NCBI GenBank assembly: GCA_030390025.1
Contig: CM059430.1
Coordinates: 72,974,001-73,038,000, forward strand
Direction: 5' to 3'
DNA: 64,000 nt
DNA from: Squalus acanthias
Lineage: Eukaryota
The notes beneath the pieces are model-generated. The model made no database searches. It saw only the letters and a program-made list of their open reading frames with translations, and was not told where the DNA came from. Below, piece by piece: positions 23,451 to 34,739 of this stretch (position 1 is its first letter; each line of letters begins with the position of its first letter). The translations under genes and the position numbers were made by a program.

Positions 23451-24062
23451 TAATTGAAAACACAATGCCGATACATTTCTATTTGTCCTGTGTATCAGAT
23501 AATTGTGAAGTGGATTACATAAAAATAAACATTTATAATTTGGCTACACATAAAACAAATTCGTCATTCTAATAGGGCCTAGTTGTTACAGCATCATAGC
23601 ATTAAATAAATGTACACCACAGATGAAAGCCATTCGGCGCATTGTGCCTGTCCTGTCTCTTTGAAAGAGAAGTCGTGCTTAGACCCACACTCCCACTTTT
23701 TATCCGTAAACTTGTAAGTTCCTCATCCTCACCTCAAGACTTCCCAAAACGTTCCCGCCACCTAAAGGGCACAAACCAGTAATGTGGTAGAATACGCTAT
23801 TGCCTAGGTGACTGCAGCTCCATCTTCTTACGACGTTTTTGGTTTAGAATGTATTTGCGTCATAAAATCACGGGATTATTGGAAAGCGATATAGCAACAC
23901 TAATACATTTTCATTAAAATTTGTAATCGGCGGTTAATCAGCTGTTTGCAGAAGGGAGAGTAGGATTGATAGCTTTAGTTAAGTGAACCGTTTGTTCAAT
24001 GAAACGTTTGTTCCAACTTGCCCAATGCTTTATTTCCACAGTTACTGTTTTACCAATATTAA

Positions 24063-24195
24063 AGGTAATTAAGGGATATGGGGACAGGGCGGGAAAGTAG
24101 ATTTGAGGTAAAAGATCAGCCATGAACTTATTGAATGGCGGAGCAGGCTTGAGGGGCCGTATGGCCTACGCTTGCTCCTATTTCTTACGTTCTTC
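24063..24195 (+). mobile_element. Isolated CR1 3' UTR/tail
   Basis: agatcagccatgaacttattgaatggcggagcaggcttgaggggcc...tttcttacgttct. Confidence 0.75.
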
Positions 24196-24385
24196 TTAAA
24201 TGTCATCATACAGATGCAAGTGTAAGCCAATGTATTAGCAGAACTGTGTTGCATAAAATCTGACGGGCCAAACATTTGCTAAACAGAATATTGTTCAAGT
24301 AGCTGTGTAAGATCATCTCTATTACACACAGGAATCACGTTTTCAAATGGCTAATGTAAACGGACAATTCATAAATTAATCTTAC

Positions 24386-24691
24386 CCAAATTATAGAAAG
24401 TGTAGCTGACATTGGCTGGAGTCTGGAGAGAGACATGAGACACTTGACAGGTGTAAACCGTCCCGCTCTCCACAGGCTCTGCATCATTCAGGTAGCTAGA
24501 AGCCTCATACAGTCCCGTTGGGTTCGGCCGTTTGATTGGTTCCATCCCGGACCCAATTACTGCTCCATTTTTGTACCAAGTGATTTTCAGATCATCCGGG
24601 AAAAATGCATTCGTTTTACAAACGAGAGTCAGGGGAACCACTGATCCACTCTCATACCGTATGGGGATCAGTTGGAGAGGAGTCGGAGCGT
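24386..24691 (-). CDS. Gene A exon 3: Ig C1-set domain
   Basis: ttatttttccag| acceptor and G|GTAAG donor, 306 nt, phase 1/1; DAPTPLQL...LTLVCKTNAFFPDDLKITWYKNG...YTCQVSHVSLQTP has the C1 hallmarks (C, FxP, W, YxCxVxH). Confidence 0.95.
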
Positions 24692-25812
24692 CTGGAAAAA
24701 TAAAGCAAGCGTTTGTTTTTAGGTCGTGACTTTAAAGCAAATGCCATTGCTGTAAGTCCCACTAAAGACATCCTAAAACCACAATGGCCCTTCAGCCTGA
24801 CATTGGAACCAATATGTTATATGTGCATTAAAAGCGCTTTACCAGTGTTACATGACAGACATTGAGCAATACAAATTAGCGCGTGGTACAGGATTCATAA
24901 GAATAGGAACCAGGAAAAATTTCCCACGGCATAGGTTAGATTTTTCTGAAACTTCTAAGGACAGCAACTTGCATTCGTGTAGCGCCTTTAACATCCCAGC
25001 AGCGGGATGAAAGAAAATTATAATATTCCCTCTGCATCGGCTAACTTCCTTCTGTTTTATCTGCGAAATAAATGAATTACGGTTTAACGCATCTAGTAGA
25101 GCAAAAGCCGGTTGATACCACGTCCAGTTTTCCTTTTCATTCACGTCGATGGAAAAGCAAATCGAGCATGTAAGTAAACAGCAGCGGATGCCCCCGTCCT
25201 CAGCTTTGCGCTACCGCCCAAGTCTATTTTAGCAGTTGTGTTTGTAATGGCTGGTTAAATAAATATTGACAAATAATTAGCATTGTCTGAATAAAAATGT
25301 GTTTACTACTGTTATAATTCTACCTTTTAATTCTTTTTTTTAGTGGTTAGTATATTATTGTGGGGCTCTCAGCCAGTTGGCTAGATTGTCTCCGCACTCG
25401 CATTTCGAGTGTATCTTGTGCTGTAGGTGTTCCGCAGTGAGTTCCGTTTGGAGTTTTCCCGTTTGTCCGCTTTAAATTCGGCGGAAGAGCCTCGGAAAAC
25501 CCGAGAATAAAACAAATTGTTACCTGTAACAGTTTTTCATGGAGAACTCTCATATAATTGGTTCCTCTCGATATTCTATTACAGAATCCCAGTTCTGGAA
25601 CTAATGCAATTTGTTCGCAATGTGGCAGAGAGCAGGGATTATATTAATTCATTTTCCAGATAGAAACTGGACATTTGTCAACCTGTGACGTGGGGTTAGA
25701 TTCTGAGCACATCAGCAGTTTTAGGGCGATATGATTTACATTATATTGAATGTAACTGGGAAGATGTATAATTGTACTGGAGTGGAACTTTCGGTTCTGT
25801 TTACTTCTATTG

Positions 25813-25820
25813 CCTGTCTG

Positions 25821-25879
<59 letters not shown>

Positions 25880-25889
25880 GTCTATCTAT
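25813..25889. repeat. (TCTA)n tetranucleotide microsatellite in the gene A V-C intron
   Basis: Direct inspection. Confidence 0.95.
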
Positions 25890-25959
25890 GGTCATCCAAT
25901 TATCTATCATTATTTCAGTTGTATAAACGACATCTAGATTTGTATGACACGCCACTTAC

Positions 25960-26280
25960 CATATACAAGTAGTTCTATGCCGCATCCGTCAACAAACCCG
26001 AATCTCCTCCAATTAAATCTGCAGCGATAGACGCCAGAGTCATTGACACTCACATTCTGAAGATGCAGATAAAATGTTCCATTTTGTAAAATATGCGATT
26101 CGGTGCGATTGTCGGAGGTTATTGCTACAGTTGAATTGGAACCTTCCTTCCTCCAATAAACAGTTAAATTCTCGTTCGTCATAAAGCCAGTTAATTTTCC
26201 TCGTAAGGTAACATTCCCGCCTCTGTTCACCGCAACAGAATTAGGGAAGTGAGTGATAGTCGGAGGAACATCTTGGGAAG
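25960..26280 (-). CDS. Gene A exon 2: Ig V-set domain with J-like G-strand
   Basis: gtattcccggcag| acceptor and G|GTAAGT donor, 321 nt, phase 1/1; GNVTLRG, VYWRK, LHLQNVSVNDSGVYRC, DGCGIELLV. Confidence 0.93.
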
Positions 26281-26463
26281 CTGCCGGGAATACATAGTGT
26301 AGCAGAATATTTACTTTGAAAACAATAGGTCGCGAATTCTTAAATAGCAGAGAAAAGCACAATATGGTAATATAAATGAAACAATTAAATAACAATGGTT
26401 GTATGTTTGTCGATAATTCTCTACTCCTGAACCGGACCTAGTTCTATTAAATCGCTCAAATAC

Positions 26464-26530
26464 CTGTGCAGAAAATCCCCAGCGTGGCACAATACAGAAA
26501 TACGATATTCCGAACCAGAACTAAACCCAT
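26464..26530 (-). CDS. Gene A exon 1: signal peptide
   Basis: ATG at 26530, MGLVLVRNIVFLYCATLGIFCT, CAG|GTATT phase-1 donor; 183-nt intron to the V exon. Confidence 0.85.
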
Positions 26531-26989
26531 AACTGAGTTGAGCTTTGCAGATGCTCCGATCAAACAACTGTTACAGTGACGTGTATGGTTGTAACACATT
26601 TAAACGGTATGCCAGTCCGCGGAGGATGTGGGCTGTGCCGAATGTCTGCCCCGTTCTCAACGCGCAGTGTTTCAGTTCGCTGTTACACTCCTGCAACTCA
26701 CTCTCAGGAACTTTACAAAGCATTGACTTTTTGAACACAGGAAAAGATATAAGCAGCTTTATAAAACTAGTCTATCAATATTCTGGGAAAAACAACTCAG
26801 GTCGCAATAGTTCCTTTCTGCTAAGAATGCAGCAATATAAAAGGACATCCCGGAAAGGAAGGTCGGAAAGCAAATTAGAAAAGACAGCGGCGAGCTGCCA
26901 GCGGGAGGTAAAGGAACTTGCAATGGAACTAGTTACCGAAAGTACCGAGCAAGTGAAAAGTTTCCAGGAACTTTTCAAGGCATAGGGCA

Positions 26990-27120
26990 AGGGGAGAGGA
27001 ACAATGAGAGAGATAGAAGGAGAGAATGAGAGAGTGCGAGGGGAGAGAGGAAGAGTGTCAGATAGAGAAGGTAGCGAAGAATCGAGGGTGGGGGGAGTGT
27101 GAAAGAAGCAGAGTGGGAAG
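26990..27120. repeat. GA-rich polypurine tract upstream of gene A
   Basis: Direct inspection. Confidence 0.6.
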
Positions 27121-27221
27121 AAATATCCAGAGGGCAAATGGCCATAGTAGTTTTTAGATAAATAACAACTTGAATTTTCATCTTCTCGTGCGCTCCTGGA
27201 AGCGTTGTGCACACTGCTGGA

Positions 27222-29225
27222 ATCACAGAAACATAGAATGCTACAGCACAGGAGGAGGTCATTCGGCCCACGTGCCCTTCCCGGCTCTTTTAAAGAGCTA
27301 TCCAATTAATCACATTCCCCTATTCTTTCCCGATAGCCCTTTTAAAGTTATTATTGAATCTGTTTCCACCACCCTTTCAGTCAGTGCATTCCAGATCATA
27401 ACAACTCGCTGCATCATTTTCTTCGTCATGTCGCCTCTGGTTCTTTTTCAAATTACCTTAAATCTGTATCCTCGGGTTACCGACCCTTCTGCCACTGGAA
27501 ACAGTTTCTTCTCATTTATTCTATCAACACCATTAAAGATTTTGAACACCTTGATCAAATCTCCCCTTAGCCTAACCTGCTCGAAGGAGAACAGGTCCAT
27601 TTTTTCTAGTCTCTCCAAGTAACTAAAGTCTTTCATCCCTGGTAACATTCTAGTAAATCTCCTCTCCATTTTCTCTAAGGCTTTAACATCTTTCATAACG
27701 TCTGCTGCTCAGAATTGGCCGAAATATTCCAGCCGGGGACTGACCAATGTTTCATAAAGTTTTCGCACAACTTTCTAGCTTTTGCACTCTGTGCCTCTAT
27801 TTATAAAGCCGAGGATCCTGCATTTTAGCAGACTTCTCAACTCGTCCTGCCACATTCAAAGACTTGTGTACGTACACCCCCTCGTCTATATCTTCCTGCA
27901 CCCCCTTTAAAATTATGCCATTTCGTTTATAATGCCTCCTTTCATTTTTCCTACCAAAATGAATCACTTCACACTATTCTGCGTTAAATTTAATCGGCCA
28001 TGTGTTCGCCCATTTCGCCAGTCTCTCTATGTCCTCTTGAAGTCTGATACTATCGTGCTCGCTGTGTACTACATTTCCAAGTTCTGCATCATCAGCTTTG
28101 CTCCTCGCTCTTCTTCTCACTAATAAGGGGTTTATAGTAAAAACCCAGCAATACAACAGCTCCTTTTCTGTCCCTGCACTCCAATCACATAGATTCCATC
28201 TTTGAATCCTCAAGTATATCGTCTCTCTGTAGAACTGTAATATTATCCTTGATCAATACACTCACCCTCTCTTTACATAGAAACATAGAAACATAGAATC
28301 TAGGAGCAGGAGTAGGCCATTCGGCCCGTCGAGCCTGCTCCACCATTCAATACGATCATGGCTGATCATCCAAATCCAGTACCCTGTCCCTGCTTTAATC
28401 CCCACAGTACACATATCCCACCCTACCCCCGTAACCCCACGTATTTAATTCCCCCTAACATATCCCATCCTATCCCCATAACCCCACATATTTAATCCCC
28501 CCCTAACACTAAGGGTCAATTTATCATAGCCAAATCAACCTAACCCGCACATTTTTGGACTGTGGGAGGAAACCGGAGCACCCGGAGGAAACCCACGCAG
28601 ACACGGGGAGAATGTGCAAACTCCACACAGACAGTCACCCGAGGTCAGATTAGAACCCTTGTCCCTGGCGCTGTGAGGCACCAGTGCTAACCACTATGCC
28701 ACCGTGTTGCCCTTCCCTGTCCCTCCTGAATATATTGTTACCAGAAATATTTAGTTACCATTGCAGCCCATTTTAAAGCTAGGCCTCCGTTATAGCCACT
28801 ATATTACAACCCAATGTGGAAACTTGCGCCTGTAACTCTTCCACGTTATATGTGGCGCTGCAAGCAGTATCATACATGCTTTCCTGCACCATGCTTGTCT
28901 GCTTTGCTTGTTCCCTCCATCTAATTACTGCTCTTTCTAAAGAATGTTTGCACTATTGATGTTTGACCTTCCTAGTTTTCTATAAACATTGTCTTTCCTC
29001 TCTGTTGCTGGGGCCTGGTGTCAAATTAGTTTAAACATCTCCCCCTGTCAAATTATTTTAAACACTCCACCGCGAGAATATTGGCTTCAGCCCGGTTCAG
29101 GTGAAAGCCATCCGTCTTAGACAGGTCCGTCCTGCCCAAAACTTGTCCAGATGCCCCGCAAATCTGAAGACATCCCTCCTGCACCACTGCTCCAGATATG
29201 CATTCACCTGCACTCTCATTCGAGG
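27222..29225 (-). mobile_element. Internally deleted CR1 LINE carrying a SINE insertion
   Basis: cacagaaacatagaa tail; RLRGDLIKVFKI; APE/ORF1 remnants (DGFHLNRAEANILA). Confidence 0.8.
28276..28712 (-). mobile_element. Full-length tRNA-derived V-SINE (HE1-like) with CR1-derived 3' tail
   Basis: A box TGGCATAGTGG and B-box-like GGTTCTAATC; V-domain GTGTGGAGTTTGCACATTCTCCCCGTGTCTGCGTGGGTTTCCTCCGGGTGCTCCGGTTTCCTCCCAC; CR1-like tail with (TTTCTATG)n. Confidence 0.9.
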
Positions 29226-30303
29226 GACTTGGAGATAGTGCAGGAAGGTGGAGTTGATGTAGCAGATCAGCCATTTCAATTGACTGTTAGATAACCTGCA
29301 ACTAGTGCCAGATTTCAGAAGAGAAAACTTCACTAAGATGGTTGACGATTTGGAACGGGTACATTGGCTAGCCGTACTGGGTGGTGATGAACCCGATGTA
29401 GAACTCAAATTGAAAGGTTTTAAGAACAAGATAAAAAATGCGGAAAACCACTATTAACTCCATGCCAAAAGAAGATAATGTGGGAAGAAAAATCCAAATG
29501 GCTGACTGGTTATGCACAAAGACAAATAAGTTGCCAACAGAAATTGCATTTAATACTCAACTAAAGAGAGTACAGAGAATAACTGAAGAAAATAAAGGCT
29601 GCTACTGGAACAGCTAAAAAGGATAATGGAAAAAAAAATATCGTAAACATTTGTGGAACTAATGGGAAAAAACTTTTTCAGTTATGTGAAGAGTCACAGA
29701 ACTGTCAAGGACTGTAGCGCGCCATTGAAGAATGTTCAAGGACAGGTTACAAGGGAACCACTGGCAATGGCAGGAAGATTAAATGAATACTTTGCACCGG
29801 TCTTCGCTCTTGAAGTTGATGCTCGCCTATTAGAATTTAATAATGTTACCAACAAAACTAATAATATTAACATAGATGAACATATTGTTTTAGAAAGAAT
29901 TAAGAACTTGAAAATAGATAGAGCAGCCGGGCTGGATGATATCCACCCGAGGATCGTCAGGGGGATGGGATATGTGCTGCTTATTTGTAGCTCGTATTTG
30001 TAATAGTGCACTGCACTTTGGAATGATTCCCATAGACCGGAAGGAAGCTAATGTAGTCCCCATATTTAAAAAAGGTGACAAGACAGATCTGGGTAACTAT
30101 AGATCAATTAGTTTAACATCAGTAATAGGTAAGATGCCTGAGGCAAACATCAGAGATGCAATATATGAATGCTTGAATAGAGAGGCTCATATCAGGGATA
30201 CTCAACATTGTAATCCTAAAAAGGAGGTAATGTCTCACAAATCACATTGTATTTTTTGTAGAAGTTACAAAAGTTCGAGAATGAGAGGAGCCCAGTAGAA
30301 ATT

Positions 30304-31040
30304 TGGCCGGATATCCCGATCCCTACGGGTGTGTACGAGCTGTGTACACACCCGTAGGGACATCGGAAATGCCGGTCTCAGGCATGCACAGTGCATGCGC
30401 TAAAAACCGGCATTTCCGATCTGTCAAGAATGCTCTTGACAGATCGGACGCCTGCTCTGGATAAGGGCCTCGAGGGCGGACATTTCCGCTTTCTGGAGAC
30501 CTATCGCGCGCAGAAAACCCTTAGAATTCTTACGCTTGGTAAAGGCTTGCTTTTACCACGATAAGAGTTGAAAAAAGTAAAAAAAACTTTTTTTTCATTC
30601 ATTTATCATTTAAAAATACTTTAAAAAAGGTAAGTTTATTTTTAGCCCCGTAAAAAAACTTGAATTACTTATTTCAAAAAATTAAATTTTTGTTTGAAAT
30701 ATAAAATTTATTGTAATTTCAACTAATTTTAAAAATGTGATGTTTCTATTAATTTATTTAATGTTTTAAAGTGTTTTTGGGTTGATCTCCATTCATATAT
30801 TTGACAGATTTTTCTGTCAAGTGTATGAAGGGAGATTCCCTTCTATGATTGGCTCCTCATGGCCCACAGCATCCCAGGGACGCTTGCGAACCGCATGTGC
30901 CCCTGGGATATGTAGGCCCTGCGCACTTGCAGTTGGAGAGACACAGCATCGGAACTATATGCACCTCGGGAGCCCTCAGGTAAGTGCGTAGATTATTTCC
31001 ATGTCGGAGGCCTCTGCACGCGGGAAGCCTCCGATCGGAA
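30304..31040. mobile_element. MITE with nested hairpins; right TIR truncated
   Basis: att|tggccggatatcccgatccctacgggtgtgtac...; reverse-orientation relative of 33175-33901 and 56524-57256. Confidence 0.8.
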
Positions 31041-31109
31041 AATTAGACTTCCAGAAAGCTTTGGATAAGGTACGGCACAAAATGCTTCTCTTTAAGATTG
31101 AAGCCTCTG

Positions 31110-32065
31110 GTATTATTTTTTATTCGATTTTTTGGGATGTGGGAGTCGCTGGCAAGGCCAGCATTTATTGCCCATCCCTAGTTGCAACGGAGAAGGTGGT
31201 GGTGAGCCGCCTTCTTGAACTGCTGCAGTCCGTGTGGTGAAGGTACTCCCACATGGCTGTTAGGTAGGGAGTTCCAGGATTTGACCCAGCGACGATGAAG
31301 AATCGGCGATATACATCTATGTCAGGATGGTGTGTGACTTGGAGGGGAACTTGGAGGTGGTGATGATCACATGCGTCTGCTGCCCTTGTTCTTCTAGGTG
31401 GAAGGGATTGCGGGTTTGGGAGGTGCTGCCGAAGAAGCCTTGGCGAGTTGCTGATGTGCATCTTGCAGATGCTACACACTGCAGCCACGGTACACCGGTG
31501 GTGGAGGGAGTGAATGTTTAAGGTGGTGGACGGGGTGCCAATCAAACGGGTTGCTTTGTCCTGGATGGTGTCGAGCTTCTTGAGTGATGTTGGAGCTGCA
31601 CTCATCCAGGCAAGTGGAGAGTATTCCATCACATCCCTTACTTGTGCCTTGTAGATAGTGGAAAGGCTTTGGGGAGTCAAGAGATGAGACACTCGCCGCA
31701 AAATACCTACCCTCTGACCTGGTCTTGATGCCACAGTATTTATGTGGCTGGTCCAGTTAGATTTCTGGTCAATGATGACGCCCAAGATGTTGAGGGTGGG
31801 GGATTCGGCGATGGTCATGCCGTTGAATATCAAGGGAGATGGTTAGACCCTCGCTTGTTGGAGATCGTCATTGCCTGGCACTTCTGTGGCACGAATGTTA
31901 CTTATCAGCCCAAGCCTGAACATCGTCCCGGTCTTGTTGCATGCGGGCATGGACTGCTTCATTATCTGAGGAATTTTGAATGGCGCTCAACAGTGCGCAG
32001 TCCTCAGCGAACATCCCCATTTCTGACCTTATGTTGGACCGAAGGTCATTGATGAAGCAGCTGAA
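31110..32065 (-). mobile_element. 5'-truncated LINE (CR1/L2 group, same family as 7668-8580) inserted in CR1
   Basis: ORF 31165-31833 IYKAQVRDVMEYSPLAWMSAAPTSLKKLDTIQDKA...SLHHRCTVAAVC. Confidence 0.85.
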
Positions 32066-33174
32066 GTGGTAATATATTGATCTGGATTGTGCACTGGCTG
32101 GCAGGATGTAGGCAAAAATTAGTAAAAGACGGATTTGGATCTTCTTGGAGACCGGTCACCAGTGGTGTCCCGGAGGGATCGGTGTTGGGACCGTTGCACT
32201 TTACTATTTTTATTAAGGATCTGGATGTAGCTGTTGGGGACACGATCTGCAAATTTGTAGATGATATTAAGGTCTGTGCTAGTTTTAGGACTGTAGACGC
32301 TGCTGGTTTTCTTCAGCCGAAACTTAGATTGAGCTCATGACTGACAAATGATGTATTAATAGGATAAGTGCCTTGTTATGAATGTGGGCAGGGCAAATGC
32401 TTAACATTCCTACACCCTTCAGGGAAAAGGCATTACAGAAGGTGGAGAAAGAAAGAGATAGGGGCATTCTAGTGCATACATCTCTAAAGATGTGTGAGCA
32501 ATGCTGTTCAGTGATAGCTAGAGCAAATTGGATGTTGGGGTGTAGCCATAGGACAATTAAGTACAAGACGAGGCATAATATTTTGTCCTTGTACATGAAC
32601 TTTGCCACGCCTCACTTGGAATAGTCTGTCTAGTTCTGATCTCCTCACTCGTTCGGTAATATTGAGGCTTTGGAAAGGGTGCAGAGGATGGCCACTAGAC
32701 TAATTCCGTGTTTAAAGTAACTTAGTTATCAAGATAGGGTATACGAGTTGGGACTCTACACTTTAAAGAAGCATAGATTTAGGGGTGATCTCATTGATGT
32801 TCATAAGATGATGCAAGAAATAGATTGGGTTCCAGTGCACGGTTTGCTCAAATTAAATATGTTAGGGCGGACCAGGGTTCACACATTGAAGTTGTATCAT
32901 GCCAGATCTAGTTTAGATGACAGGAGAATTTTTCAAGAGAATAGTGGACCTCTTGTAACAGGCTGCCGTCTCGTGCGCTGGATGCTGATTCGCTGAACAC
33001 CTTCAAGTGAGAACTGAACCTGTTTCTGGCTGGGGCGGAGATGATCTCATACAGAAGTTAGGTACTGCAGGGAATTCAGAGCCAGAGTGATCTTCGGGAC
33101 TGGTTTCGGTCGCCTAGGCGTGGAGAGGAATTTTCCAAACTTTTTCCCCCAAATTAGCCTGGGTTCATACATAT

Positions 33175-33901
33175 GGGCCTGTATTTTCTGATTACAGGCC
33201 ACCCGCGTGCGGAGGCCTGCTATCTGGAAAAATCTACGCCCTTACCTGAGGGCTCCCGGGAAGAACACATCCTGGGCCTCTCTAAATTCCAAGTGCGCAG
33301 GGTCCACGTTTTGCCGAGGCGCAGTCAGTTCGCAGCATCCCTGGGATCACCTGGACCATGGGGAGCCATTCAAAGTAAAGAATCTCCCTTCATACACTTG
33401 ACAGGAAGACCTGTCAAATATATGAATGGAGATCACCCCAAAAACATAGTAAAACTTTAAATACATTTTTAAGAAAAAATGACATTTTTAAAATGACTTG
33501 AATTTACAATAAATTAAAAAAATTTAAAATTTAAATTTTTGAAAAAAAAAATAAAGATTTTTACGGGGCAAAAAATAAACTTACCTTTTTAAAAGTATTT
33601 TTACATAATTGAAATGTTTTTTTGACGGTTTTTTTCAACTCTTATTGTGATGAAAGCAGGCCAAACGCCTGCTTTTATCAGGCGTAAAAACTGTAAGGGT
33701 TTTCTGCGGGCGGAGGGTCTCCAAAAAGCGGAAATATCCGCCCGCCGAGGCCCTTCTCCTGGGCAGCTGGAGCATTCTTGACAGATCGAAAATGCCGGTT
33801 TTCAGCGCATGCGCTGCGCATGCCTGAAGCAGGCATTTCCGATGTCCCTACGGGTGGGTACACAGCGCGTACCCATTCGTAGGGATCGGAATATTTGAGC
33901 C
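33175..33901. mobile_element. Complete MITE
   Basis: gggcctgtattttctga ... tcggaatatttgagcc|aat; shared core and hairpins. Confidence 0.8.
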
Positions 33902-33904
33902 AAT

Positions 33905-34645
33905 ATTACATAGGATTATATAGGATATAGGATACAGGTCATTCGGCCCAACCTGTCCATGCCGGCGTTTCTGCTCCACTCGAGCCTCCTCCCGTCTTTC
34001 CTCATCAAACTCTATCAGCATAACCCTTTATTCCCTTCTCCCTCATATGCTTATCTAGCCTACCCTTAAATACACTTTCCTGTATACTATTTGCCACAAC
34101 TACTCCCTGTGGTAGCGAGTTCCACATTTTCACCACTCCGTGGGTAAAGAAGTTTCTTCTGAATTCCCTATTGGATTTCTTGGCGAATGTTTTATATTGA
34201 TGACCTATAAGTTATGCTCTTCCCCACAAGTAGAAACACTCTCTCTGGATCTAATCTATAAAAAAATTCATAATTTTAAAGAACTCTATTAGGTCTCCAC
34301 TCAGCCTTCTTTTTTCAAGCGAAAAGAGACCCAGCCTGTTCATCCTTTCCTGATATATATACCCTCGCAAGTCTGGTATCATCTTTGTAAATCTTCTCTG
34401 CGCCCTCACCAGTGTCTCTATATCATCTTTATAATATGGCGACCAGAATTGTACGCAGAACTCCAAGTGTGGTCTAAGCAAGGTTCGATACAAGTTTAGC
34501 ATAAATTCAATAATTTTCAATTCTATCCCTCCAGAAATAAACCCCAGTGATTGGTTTGCTTTTTTATGGCCTTGTTAACCTGTGTCGATACTTTTAGTGA
34601 TTTGTGTATTTGTACTAGATATCCCTTTGCTATTCTAACCCGCTT
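33905..34645 (-). mobile_element. CR1 3' fragment
   Basis: LYRTLLRPHLEFCVQFWSP...LGLFSLEKRRL; ttacataggatta tail. Confidence 0.88.
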
Positions 34646-34739
34646 TTCTGACACCTGTAAAGGATGATGAGAAATATCTATTCAATAAATAGTGGGAAGA
34701 TCGAAGGCATTTACTTCAGTTCACTCCACAAGCTCCATT

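Larger units (their letters stand above)
29280..33170 (+). mobile_element. Decayed CR1 LINE of a distinct subfamily, with two nested insertions
   Basis: GLDDIHPRIV, ANVVPIFKKGDKTDLGNYRSISLTS, TSGVPEGSVLGP, KFVDDIK; LDFQKALDKV resumes after the MITE. Confidence 0.85.

Noticed and set aside
24386-26280. Rearranging TCR or Ig light-chain locus
   Set aside because: No RSS after either V exon and no separate J segments; V includes its own G-strand and splices directly to C1
26545-27305. ORFs of 146 and 176 aa upstream of gene A
   Set aside because: No recognisable domain; they overlap a GA-rich tract and a CR1 tail
28640-28712. tRNA gene
   Set aside because: The A and B boxes belong to a SINE head that continues into the V-domain; no complete cloverleaf
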